Shown here: positions 8,323 to 19,993 of the stretch, one piece after another
How positions within the stretch are numbered: position 1 is the stretch's first letter
Layout of the letters: each line of letters starts with the position of its first letter
From: Hyphomicrobiales bacterium
GTDB taxonomy: Bacteria; Pseudomonadota; Alphaproteobacteria; Rhizobiales; Devosiaceae
Reading direction: 5' to 3'
DNA: 39,712 nt
Assembly (NCBI GenBank): GCA_044506585.1
Contig: JBIQKK010000017.1
Location: 1-39,712, forward strand
The notes under the pieces: generated by a model
The model's database searches: none
The model's input: the letters and a program-made list of their open reading frames with translations, nothing else
Told to the model about the DNA's origin: nothing
Made by a program: the position numbers and the translations under genes

Positions 8323-9300
8323 GTGGACGACTTCGACCTCTTCAAATCCGACGATGACGGGCTGGGCGCGGCTGTCCTGACGCAGCAATCGTTGATCGAC
8401 ACCCAGGAGCGCCTGGGCGCGATGCTGGACGTGATGCCGATCGGCCTGCTGATTCACACGGAACAGGGGATCCTTTTTCCCAACCGGGCGGCCTGCGACT
8501 TGCTCTGTACGCCCAAGGAGCGGCTGGTCGGTCAGCATTTGCTCGATTACGTGCGCGAGTCCGACCTCGAACGGGTGTCGACGCAGTTCCGCGACTCCTT
8601 TGCCGGCAATGAGCAGACCTTCGAGCTCGACACGGTCATCGAATTGGCCGACCGGGGGGCTCGCCTCGTCAAGATGATTTCGAGCCGGCTGCCATGGCCG
8701 GGCAATCCGGTGATCCAGATTCTGATCCAGGACATCACCGACCAGAAGCGGGCCGAGCATTCGCTGCGCCAGTTGACCATCACGGACGAATTGACCGGTG
8801 CCTACAACCGCCGGCACGCTTTCTATGAAGCGGCGCTCTACATGGAGGGCCAGCCTGCCGGCGTGCCGTTCAGCGTGGTGCTGGTGGATATCGACCATTT
8901 CAAGCGGATCAACGACACTTATGGGCATGCGACCGGCGATATTGCGCTCAAGCGGCTCACACTGCTGGCCAACGAGCTTCTGCCGACGGTCGAGGGGACC
9001 GATTCCGGTATTTTCGCGCGGATCGGCGGCGAGGAGTTCGTCATGCTGCTCCCCGGACTGGGCGTCGAGGCTGCGCGGGCCTCGGCCGAGAAATTGCGCC
9101 AGGCGGTCGAGCGGATGCGGATCGAGCTGGCGGAAGGCCCGCTGAAGTTCACGATCTCGGCCGGTGTCGCAACCTGCGCGGCCAGCGACAAGACGTTCGA
9201 CAGCCTGCTCAACCGCGCCGACGAGGCCCTCTATGCGGCCAAGGGCGCGGGGCGTAACCGCGTGGTGGTCGCGCCCCGGCCGTCCGCAGCTGCCGCTTAG
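8323..9300 (+). CDS. PAS-GGDEF diguanylate cyclase
   Basis: N-terminal PAS, TDELTGAYNRR, DIDHFKRINDTYGHATGD, GGEEF, ADEALYAAK; start re-assigned to GTG 8323 (uncertain). Confidence 0.93.
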   Translation: MDDFDLFKSDDDGLGAAVLTQQSLIDTQERLGAMLDVMPIGLLIHTEQGILFPNRAACDLLCTPKERLVGQHLLDYVRESDLERVSTQFRDSFAGNEQTFELDTVIELADRGARLVKMISSRLPWPGNPVIQILIQDITDQKRAEHSLRQLTITDELTGAYNRRHAFYEAALYMEGQPAGVPFSVVLVDIDHFKRINDTYGHATGDIALKRLTLLANELLPTVEGTDSGIFARIGGEEFVMLLPGLGVEAARASAEKLRQAVERMRIELAEGPLKFTISAGVATCAASDKTFDSLLNRADEALYAAKGAGRNRVVVAPRPSAAAA

Positions 9301-10085
9301 CTCCCGATGGCGCTCCTTATCGCGATCTCCACGGGCGAGTAGTCCCCGCCGGGCCGCTCGAGTGTCACCGGCTGGGCCGGCAGGAGTGGCGGCTGGGCCA
9401 TGAAGCGCGGGCGCGTGCCCCGATGCGGTTGCGCCGAATGCACCAGGAACGGATGACAGAGATAGACGGTGCCGGGTGAACCGGTGGCGAGGACTTCAGG
9501 CCGTCCGGCCGATTCGGCGAATCCGGTCGAGGCCATGTCGCGCAGGGTCAGGCCAGCCTCGCCTGCCGGAGCCAGGCGGCGGGCCATGTCGATATGCGAG
9601 GCCGCGCGGATGCGGGTGGGCGCGTCGTCCGGTCCGATCTCGGAGAAGAGGAACAGCATCAGCAGCTGCCTCCCCCTGGAGCTGACATTGGCGCGCCAAT
9701 CCATGAAGTCGGGGGCGTCGGTGCCGAAACTCACATCGACGTGCCAGCCGGAATCGCCGGGGTCATCGGGCGACGGGAAGCGGACGGGGAAGGTGCCGAT
9801 CGCCTGTGGCGGGAGCCAGCGCCCCTCCCCGACGAGCTGGTCGTAGGCACCGTGCAGGAGCGCGGTGTTGGCGGCGGCGCGGAAAGGCGGCTGGGCGTAG
9901 TGACCGAGGCGGATGACGGGTCTTGTCCAGGTCGTGGGGTCGTCGGGACTGACCCCGGTGTCACGCCAAAGGATGGCGCGACACTCGTCGGCAAGGTCCG
10001 CGGGAAAGGCGCCGTCGATACGGACGTAGCCGTCGGCGATGAAGGATGCGACCTGAGCGTCGCTCAGCGGATGAGTATTGGGCAT
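9297..10085 (-). CDS. phytanoyl-CoA dioxygenase (PhyH) family Fe(II)/2-oxoglutarate dioxygenase
   Basis: LSDAQVASFIADGYVRI, W-H-V-D iron motif, TRIRAASH, GTVYLCHPFLVHSA distal His. Confidence 0.85.
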   Translation of the reverse strand: MPNTHPLSDAQVASFIADGYVRIDGAFPADLADECRAILWRDTGVSPDDPTTWTRPVIRLGHYAQPPFRAAANTALLHGAYDQLVGEGRWLPPQAIGTFPVRFPSPDDPGDSGWHVDVSFGTDAPDFMDWRANVSSRGRQLLMLFLFSEIGPDDAPTRIRAASHIDMARRLAPAGEAGLTLRDMASTGFAESAGRPEVLATGSPGTVYLCHPFLVHSAQPHRGTRPRFMAQPPLLPAQPVTLERPGGDYSPVEIAIRSAIGS

Positions 10086-10153
10086 TGATGATCTCGCAAT
10101 AGATGTTCGTCCCGCAAGGCGGGAAGGCAGGGCTCGGTGGCCGGAGGGCCTGC

Positions 10154-10192
10154 TCAGGCGAGCAAGAAGACTGCGCTGCGGATCATCATCAT
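10154..10192 (-). CDS. putative leader peptide MMMIRSAVFLLA
   Basis: ATG ATG ATG ATC CGC AGC GCA GTC TTC TTG CTC GCC TGA, starting 9 nt after a putative -10 and complementary to the phyH RBS. Confidence 0.55.
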   Translation of the reverse strand: MMMIRSAVFLLA

Positions 10193-10201
10193 GGTGGCGC
10201 C

Positions 10202-10230
10202 TGCCTAGCCGATATCGCCGGGCTCTTCAA
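10202..10230 (-). promoter_or_regulatory. putative sigma70 promoter for leader-phyH
   Basis: TTGAAG-N17-TAGGCA embedded in the 3' end of the ATPase gene. Confidence 0.5.
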
Positions 10231-10999
10231 CAGCGTACTGGGCGAGGGCCTCTCGGATGAACCGATCGGGATCCCGCACGAAGCCTTCGTAGAACTTGAA
10301 ATGAGGCGTCTGCCGCAGGCCGACGGGATGAAGTCCCCGATTGGTGAACTCGAGGAGCCGCGCGCCGGGCAGCGCCATCAGGATGGGGGAATGCGTAGCC
10401 ATGATGACCTGCGCGTTTGCCGATTGCTGGACGCGGTTGAGGATGCGAAGCAGTTCGAGTTGACGCATGGGAGAAAGGGCACTCTCGGGCTCGTCCATGA
10501 AGTAGATGCCCTGGCGCGACAGGCGCTCGTCGAAGAATCGTGCGAAGCCTTCGCCGTGGCTGGCGGACAGGAAGTCCGGCGGCGCGCCGCCGCCTTCGAG
10601 CGCCGCGGCGTCGAGGTAGCGCGCGACCGAGAAGAAGGATTCGGCCTTGAAGAACCAGCCATTGGTGACCTTGGGCAGCCAGGAGCCCACAAGCGCCGAC
10701 GCCAAATCGGCACCGCTCCGGTCGAGCGCCCGGGAATGGTCGACGGGACGATAGCCCCTGCCGCCGCCGGCTTCATCGTAACCAGAGAGGGCGGCGATCG
10801 CTTCGATCAGCGTCGATTTCCCGGTGCCGTTCTCGCCGACGAAGATCGTTACGGGGGTCGTGAATTCGAGCTCGAAATCTTCCTCCCGCAACCATGGCAT
10901 GTTGAGAGGATAGGGTGCGTCGGCCTCGACCGGGCCGCGGAGCCGGATGCGGCGCAAGAACGGCGCGGGCAAGCGCGTGCCACCGGAATTGCGCGCCAT
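10205..10999 (-). CDS. stand-alone ABC/AAA-type ATPase (COG3910-like)
   Basis: Walker A GENGTGKST, signature SHGEGF, Walker B YFMDEPESALSP, H-loop ATHSP; start re-assigned to ATG 10999 (GGAG RBS). Confidence 0.9.
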   Translation of the reverse strand: MARNSGGTRLPAPFLRRIRLRGPVEADAPYPLNMPWLREEDFELEFTTPVTIFVGENGTGKSTLIEAIAALSGYDEAGGGRGYRPVDHSRALDRSGADLASALVGSWLPKVTNGWFFKAESFFSVARYLDAAALEGGGAPPDFLSASHGEGFARFFDERLSRQGIYFMDEPESALSPMRQLELLRILNRVQQSANAQVIMATHSPILMALPGARLLEFTNRGLHPVGLRQTPHFKFYEGFVRDPDRFIREALAQYAVEEPGDIG

Positions 11000-11140
11000 T
11001 GACGTTGCTCCAATCGCCATGAGGATGGCGCAATCGATGCGGAGGTCAAGCTTTGGCTTTGGTGCCAGGCTGATGCGAATCCCTCTTGCTTTCGCCATCG
11101 GTTCGGGTAGGTGCTCGCCGCCCTTCCATACGACCACTTC

Positions 11141-12130
11141 ATGCGCATCTTTCAGCTTTCGTCAGGCGATCTCGTTGCAGACCGCCGTGCCTCCTACGCC
11201 GCGGCGCTGGCGCAGGAGGCGGATTTTGCAGCGGCGGCCGAGCTCATCGAGCAGGCACTGGAGCTGGTGCCGAGCTGGCCTGCCGGATGGTGCCTGCTGG
11301 GGGATTATCGGCTGGAAGCCGGAGATAGCGGGGGAGCGATCGCGGCCTATCGCGAACTCGCGCGGCTCGACGGCGAGGGCCGGTTCGGGGCGGCGCTGAA
11401 GCTCGCGGCGCTCGGCGTTGCGCCCGCACCGCGCGGGACCGAAGTGGCGTATGTGGAGTCGCTGTTCGACGACTATGCGGCGCGCTTCGAGGCCGAACTC
11501 GTGGTCGCGCTCGATTACCAGGCACCGGCGCAGCTCGCGCGCCTGATCGACAATGCGCTGGGCGCGCGCGGTGTCGAGCAGGTCGGACGGGCGCTGGATC
11601 TCGGCTGCGGGACGGGACTGATGGGCGAGCGGCTGCGGCGGCGCGCGTCGTTCGTCGAGGGTGTGGATCTGTCGGCCGAGATGATCGAGGTCGCGCAGCG
11701 CAAGGGGATTTACGACCGGCTCGAGAAAGCGGAGTTGGCGGCGTTCCTCGCGGAACATGGTGGCGGCATCGACGTGATGACGGCGGCCGATGTGCTCAAC
11801 TATTGCGGGGCTCTGCCGCCCATCCTTTTCTCGGTGTTCGCGCGGCTGGTGCCGGGTGGGCTGTTTGCGTTTACGCTGGAGCGGCATGAGGGCACCGAAC
11901 CGATGATGCTGCGGCCGTCGCTGCGTTACGCGCACAATGACGAAGCGACGCGGGCCGCGTGCCGCGATGCCGGGTTCGAGATCGTGCGGATCGAGACGGC
12001 GCCGCTGCGGCGCGATCGCGGCGAGCCGGTGATGGGACTGCTGGTACTGGTGCAGAAGCCCGCGCCCGCTCCCACGATTGCCGCACTGGCAGATGAGCCG
12101 GCCGAGGCCGAGGTGGCGCTGCTAAACTAG
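11141..12130 (+). CDS. TPR-containing SAM-dependent methyltransferase (COG4976-like)
   Basis: QLSSGDLVADRRA N-terminus, TPR helices, YVESLFDDYAARF, LDLGCGTG motif I, RYAH. Confidence 0.9.
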   Translation: MRIFQLSSGDLVADRRASYAAALAQEADFAAAAELIEQALELVPSWPAGWCLLGDYRLEAGDSGGAIAAYRELARLDGEGRFGAALKLAALGVAPAPRGTEVAYVESLFDDYAARFEAELVVALDYQAPAQLARLIDNALGARGVEQVGRALDLGCGTGLMGERLRRRASFVEGVDLSAEMIEVAQRKGIYDRLEKAELAAFLAEHGGGIDVMTAADVLNYCGALPPILFSVFARLVPGGLFAFTLERHEGTEPMMLRPSLRYAHNDEATRAACRDAGFEIVRIETAPLRRDRGEPVMGLLVLVQKPAPAPTIAALADEPAEAEVALLN

Positions 12131-13117
12131 CGCGACGTCTTCGGCGGCGTAGTCGAAGGGGTCGGCGGGGTAGTGGCCGAACATGGGGAAGGCGGCTCGC
12201 CATCCGGCCGCCTGGCCGCGCATCCACTCGACATAACTGCGCGTGGTTTCCGCGTAAGTGCCGGCAGGACGGTATCCGAGTTTGGTCGCGGCCGCCATGT
12301 TCACGACCAGAGGCGACGGGACCGACCATGGCGTGTGGCCGATGGCGGCGTCGGGCGGCATGGCGACGAATTCACCCTCCCAGCCCAGATGCGCGGCCAT
12401 GGTCTCGCCGATGTCACGGACGGCCGGCGGATCTGGATCGCCTGCGTTGAGGATGCGCGTGGCGGGCGACTGCGCAGTGGTGCGGATGAGGGCCGCGATG
12501 TTGGCCGTGGCGCTGGTGTGGAAGGTCGAAGCCGGGAAGACGAGCGGGATGCGCTTGCGTCCGTCGAGCATGCGCTTGACGAACCACCATTCGCGCGGGT
12601 GCTTCGAATTGATGCCGTGGATGGCGCAGGGGCGCAGGATCGTCACCGGGCGGGAGATCGTTTCCACCAGCCGCTGCTCGAGCTCGACCTTGCCACTGGA
12701 ATAGGAGTCCGGCGAGGGAGCGACCAGGGGCTGCGTTTCGGGGATCGGTACGGGATAGACGGGAAAGCCGGTGGTGCCGGCAGTGTCGAGACCACGGCCG
12801 GCGTCATCGGCGTAGACGCTGCCCGTCGAGATCACGCAAAGCTGGCCGTAGCGGGACGACAAGCCGGCAAGCTGATCGGCGTCGCGGCCGGTAAAGGCCA
12901 TCGTGTCGATGAGGAGGTCGACGGTCCCGATCTCCGCTGCCAGCGCCGCCGAGTCCTGCCGCTTCACCACCGCGAGCATCGCGCCTTCGGGCACATTTGG
13001 CGGCTCGTGGCGGCCGGTGTGCGAGCAGGTCACCTGCCAGCCGGCATGCAGCAATTGGGCCGCAGCCGCGATCCCGATCTGTCCCGTGCCGCCGATGATG
13101 AAGGCGGTGCGGGCCAT
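12122..13117 (-). CDS. NAD-dependent epimerase/dehydratase (extended SDR)
   Basis: IIGGTGQIG Rossmann motif, ISTGSVY, YSSGK (YxxxK), ILRP; starts 3 nt after the carB stop. Confidence 0.88.
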   Translation of the reverse strand: MARTAFIIGGTGQIGIAAAAQLLHAGWQVTCSHTGRHEPPNVPEGAMLAVVKRQDSAALAAEIGTVDLLIDTMAFTGRDADQLAGLSSRYGQLCVISTGSVYADDAGRGLDTAGTTGFPVYPVPIPETQPLVAPSPDSYSSGKVELEQRLVETISRPVTILRPCAIHGINSKHPREWWFVKRMLDGRKRIPLVFPASTFHTSATANIAALIRTTAQSPATRILNAGDPDPPAVRDIGETMAAHLGWEGEFVAMPPDAAIGHTPWSVPSPLVVNMAAATKLGYRPAGTYAETTRSYVEWMRGQAAGWRAAFPMFGHYPADPFDYAAEDVALV

Positions 13118-13120
13118 CGA

Positions 13121-16441
<3,321 letters not shown>

Positions 16442-16504
16442 CGGACACTCTGGCGTTCGGGCGCGCGGAAAGACCGGGGAGGCCGGGCGTTTTCGTGCGG
16501 AGTC

Positions 16505-16549
16505 TGCAGGTTAAGGCGGCTCCATAGCGGAGTGTGGCGCCGAAGGGAA
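16505..16549 (-). promoter_or_regulatory. putative carB promoter
   Basis: TTCCCT-N17-TATGGA followed by GCCGCCTTAACCTGCA; 17/23 nt identical to the carA upstream region. Confidence 0.5.
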
Positions 16550-16627
16550 GGGCAGATGCCGTCCGGCCTTGCCTAAGTCACATGTGCAGCCGAAACTGGC
16601 GGCAACCAGACCTGCCGGAGCGAGGAA

Positions 16628-16909
16628 ATGTGCCGCAACATCAAGCCGTTGTTCAACTTCGAGCCGCCGGCGACCAAGAACGAGGTGCATGAGGCGGCGC
16701 TGCAGTTCGTGCGCAAGGTCTCGGGCTTCAATAAACCCTCGCACGCCAATGAGGCGGCCTTCTACGATGCCGTCGAGGACATCGAGAAGGTCGTGCGCAA
16801 GATGCTGAAGTCGCTCGAGACCAACGCGCCGCCGAAGGACCGGGAGGTCGTCGCGGCGAAGGCCCGGGAGCGGGCAAAGCTCCGCTTCCCGGAAACCGCG
16901 CGGGCGTGA
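16628..16909 (+). CDS. DUF2277 family protein
   Basis: MCRNIKPLFNFEPPAT..EAALQFVRKVSGF.KPS.ANE signature; GAGGAA RBS. Confidence 0.9.
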   Translation: MCRNIKPLFNFEPPATKNEVHEAALQFVRKVSGFNKPSHANEAAFYDAVEDIEKVVRKMLKSLETNAPPKDREVVAAKARERAKLRFPETARA

Positions 16910-16918
16910 CCCCGCGGA

Positions 16919-17395
16919 TCAGCGGCTGAAGGTGATGCGCGAGGTGGTCTTGCCGCCCTTCTTGTCGACGAGGGCGAAGTCGACGACCAGCGAGCTGGGC
17001 GAGATGGTCATGGTGGAGGTCGAGGTGCCGCCCATGCTGCGGTTGGAGCTACGGAAAACGAGCTTGTCGCCCTTGCGGACGCCCGGGACCGTGCCGCCGA
17101 TGGAGCGGGCTTCGTAGCGCTTGGCCTTGTCGTTGTAGCTGAGCGAGCCCGAGAACGCCTGCTGGGCCATGTCCGGGATGTTGCAGCGCCCCTGATATTT
17201 GGTGCTCTTGCCGCCAGCGGTGAAGACGATCTTACAGGCGATCGGGCCGGATTCGGCGCCCTGAAGCTTCCCCTTGCCCGACCACGTGTTGCTCAGTTTT
17301 TGCAGGAACGCCGTTTCGGCCGGTCCGGCGAAAGCCGGGGCGGCGGTGGCGATCAGCAGTGCTGCGATCGCGGTCAGTGCGGCTTTACGAAACAT
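16919..17395 (-). CDS. hypothetical secreted beta-rich protein
   Basis: Signal peptide MFRKAALTAIAALLIATAAPAFA, WSGKG motif, two Cys; GAGGAA RBS. Confidence 0.8.
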   Translation of the reverse strand: MFRKAALTAIAALLIATAAPAFAGPAETAFLQKLSNTWSGKGKLQGAESGPIACKIVFTAGGKSTKYQGRCNIPDMAQQAFSGSLSYNDKAKRYEARSIGGTVPGVRKGDKLVFRSSNRSMGGTSTSTMTISPSSLVVDFALVDKKGGKTTSRITFSR

Positions 17396-17539
17396 CGATA
17401 CTTATTCCTCAGATAGCGCCCCGCTATCGCCGTAGGGGGCGATTGTGGCAAGGGAAGGGAAGCGGCGTGGTTAAGGCCGGACAGTCCCGGCCGGCAGGTA
17501 AATCTGGTAGAAGCGGTTCGGTTCTCTCACGAGTTTGCG

Positions 17540-18154
17540 ATGAACATATCCGGTGTCGAAATCACTCCGCAGGCGATGGCGGGGTTCATATCGGCGAGCA
17601 TCGCTGCGGTCGCAGCGCTGCTGGTCTGGCTGCAATGGCGGGAGCGGCGGCTGCGCCAGGACGACGTCCTGCGCTGGGCCAACGAGGTCATTCGCGCGCA
17701 GCAGACGCTGCATTTGATCCTGTTCCTCGGGGACGGGACGTTCGACAAGGCGACGGCGCGCTCGATGCTCGCCAAGATTGCGGTGGATACGTCGGTGCTG
17801 GTCGAGCAGGGGCGGTTGTTCTTCAAGAACACGCCGCATCCGACGCACGGCATGGACCGCCATCCTGCCTATCGCGGTTACCGGCCGAGGCTGCTCGATC
17901 CGATCGTGGTCTCGCACCAGATCGCCTGCCAGTGGGAAGGGGCGGACGGCGAGGAGAAGGAGCGCATGACGGTGGTGGCGGAGGATTGCGTGCGCCAGTT
18001 CGTGTCGATGGCGCAACTCGAGGTCGGGCGCAGCCGGACGGCGCACATGGCGAGTGCCATCAAGGGCGACGGGGAGAAGCTCGACGCGCTGCTCGAGAAG
18101 GTCAAGCCGGAGCGGCTCGCGGCATTGCGCGCGAATGCGAGGCTTTCTCTCTAG
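17540..18154 (+). CDS. hypothetical protein with N-terminal TM helix
   Basis: 204-aa ORF with GC3-biased codons; hydrophobic FISASIAAVAALLVWLQW; stop overlaps the clpS stop. Confidence 0.75.
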   Translation: MNISGVEITPQAMAGFISASIAAVAALLVWLQWRERRLRQDDVLRWANEVIRAQQTLHLILFLGDGTFDKATARSMLAKIAVDTSVLVEQGRLFFKNTPHPTHGMDRHPAYRGYRPRLLDPIVVSHQIACQWEGADGEEKERMTVVAEDCVRQFVSMAQLEVGRSRTAHMASAIKGDGEKLDALLEKVKPERLAALRANARLSL

Positions 18155-18450
18155 GTCTCGGGCTCGGTCGTAAACAGCAGCGGAAAGCCCTCGGCGCGGG
18201 CCATGTCCGTGGCGCGGGCCGCCTTCGCCTCCGCGATCTCGCGGGTGAATACGGCAACCACGCAACTGCCCTTGGTGTGGGCCGTGACCATGACTCGGTG
18301 TGCCTGATCCTCGCTCATGCGGAACTCGGCTTTGAGCACGATGACGACGAAGTCGCGCGGCGTGAAGTCGTCGTTGATGAGCATGACCTTATAGAGCGGT
18401 GGCCGCGCGACCCTGGTCTTGCTGCGGGTCTTGGTACCGGTTTCGGCCAT
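18151..18450 (-). CDS. clpS: Clp protease adaptor ClpS (ClpS2-type)
   Basis: PPLYKVMLINDDFTPRDFVV, VMVTAHTKG, GFPLLFTTEPE; GGAGG RBS. Confidence 0.95.
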   Translation of the reverse strand: MAETGTKTRSKTRVARPPLYKVMLINDDFTPRDFVVIVLKAEFRMSEDQAHRVMVTAHTKGSCVVAVFTREIAEAKAARATDMARAEGFPLLFTTEPET

Positions 18451-18475
18451 CGGAGCCTCCGGTTGGGTCTATCGA

Positions 18476-19750
18476 TCAGAGGCCGGTATTGTTCGTCACG
18501 GGCGCCTGCCTTGCAACCGTAGTGATGCCCGGGCTGGGGAGCCGCCGCTGGGCGGCGATGCTCGCGGGCATCGGGCGGGGCATGGGGTTGCCCGGTGCGG
18601 CAACGGTTGGCTGGAGCAGCGGCTCGGGCTCGGAAGGGGTTTCAAGCGCAGCGGGTTCGACGGATGCGTCACCGGAAGGTCCGGAGTCCGCCGTAGGGAC
18701 TGGCGGCAAGGAAGTCGACGGCTCCGCACCGTCGTCGTCAAAGTCCGCTGGTAGAACGGGGACACGAACGGCGCTCGGCAGTTCCACGCGGCCGAAGGTG
18801 GGGTCCGCCGGCGGTGGCGAGGGGGAGGCGTCGGGGACCGACCCGACCGGCGCGGTCGCGGGCGTTTGTCCACCGACGGGTGGCTCCGAACTCGAAAGGA
18901 GCGGCGCGCGCGACAATTGCGGTGCGAGCGTGGGGGTTTCGGCTACGGCGATTGGCGCCTCGCTCGATGCAGAACTGATGGAGGGGACGGTCGAGACCTC
19001 GGCGACTGCGGTGGCCGGTGCGTCGGCCGCCTCGTTGCGCATGTTCCAGATCACGAGCACGGCGGCGCCGGCCAGGGCGGCGTAGAGGCCGAAGCTGAGG
19101 ATGCTGCTCAAGGAGAGCGCAAAGCGCGAGAAGCCCGAGGGCTCATCATCCTCATATTCCTCCTCGATCGGGCGGAAGGCAGGTTTGGTCCGGGGCGGCG
19201 GTGGCGGGCGCCGGCGCGGGTTCCAGTCATCGTCCCGCGGCGAGAGGCGCTCGTCGTTGAACGCACGCGACGGACCGTCAGGGGCCTCGGCCGCAAAGGC
19301 GGGGATGCCCATTTCTTCGTCGGGACCCATCATGTCCGACGGGCGCTGCGCGCGTTCCCGAGTGGGTGCGATGATCTCGATTTCGGGCTCGTCCCGTTCG
19401 GCGCGGGGCCTGCGGAAATGCGCGATGCCCGCAAAGATCGCCGCGACCAGCAGCAGGGCCGGCGGGGTGATGAGCACGAAATCGGTGGTGTGATGGGTGA
19501 CAAGTGCGGCGCCGACCCAGGCAAGCGCACCGAGGACGAGGAAGATCGCGCCCGCCAGCGGCGAGGCCAGCGCGAGGGCCGCGCCGAAGATTGCCAGATT
19601 GCCGACAACGAGCAGGCCAAATCGAGCCGCCTGCGCCTGGCGTTCGCCGGCGTTGGCGATATCGACGCTCACGTCGAGGCCGCCCAGCGCCAGAATGAGC
19701 GAGGCGACGAGACCGGCCAGGACGCCGAAGGCTAGGGCTGCAACGCGCAA
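18476..19750 (-). CDS. membrane protein with Pro/Ser/Ala-rich disordered C-terminus
   Basis: About 4 N-terminal TM helices, a charged Pro-rich loop, one further TM, then a low-complexity tail; TTG start after GGAG. Confidence 0.8.
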   Translation of the reverse strand: MRVAALAFGVLAGLVASLILALGGLDVSVDIANAGERQAQAARFGLLVVGNLAIFGAALALASPLAGAIFLVLGALAWVGAALVTHHTTDFVLITPPALLLVAAIFAGIAHFRRPRAERDEPEIEIIAPTRERAQRPSDMMGPDEEMGIPAFAAEAPDGPSRAFNDERLSPRDDDWNPRRRPPPPPRTKPAFRPIEEEYEDDEPSGFSRFALSLSSILSFGLYAALAGAAVLVIWNMRNEAADAPATAVAEVSTVPSISSASSEAPIAVAETPTLAPQLSRAPLLSSSEPPVGGQTPATAPVGSVPDASPSPPPADPTFGRVELPSAVRVPVLPADFDDDGAEPSTSLPPVPTADSGPSGDASVEPAALETPSEPEPLLQPTVAAPGNPMPRPMPASIAAQRRLPSPGITTVARQAPVTNNTGL

Positions 19751-19948
19751 ACTGGTCGCTCCGGCTGCACCTAATGTTCTCCGCAGTCAGGCGATTAGCG
19801 GTGAATTCGGGCGCAAAATAGCAGCCGAGCGGGGGAAAACAAGGAAAAGCCCAGACATGATGAAGGCGCCGCGGGTCCTGCGGGGCGGTACCGGGTCTGC
19901 CGGCGGCCCGTGAACCTTAACGGCCCACGTTAGTTTTTCGCTGAGCCA

Positions 19949-19972
19949 ACGCGCATTCCCACGCGCATTCCC
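19949..19972 (+). repeat. 12-bp perfect tandem duplication
   Basis: ACGCGCATTCCC ACGCGCATTCCC in the AKR 5' region. Confidence 0.9.
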
Positions 19973-19993
19973 ATGACCCCAAGGAGACTAATT

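Noticed and set aside
10205-10999. ATPase as part of an anti-phage system (AAA_21 plus nuclease)
   Set aside because: No partner nuclease, TOPRIM or HNH gene adjacent; matches the common stand-alone COG3910 type
16511-16525. Possible uORF MEPP* upstream of carB
   Set aside because: Its ATG lies inside the predicted -10 hexamer, so it would not be transcribed from that promoter
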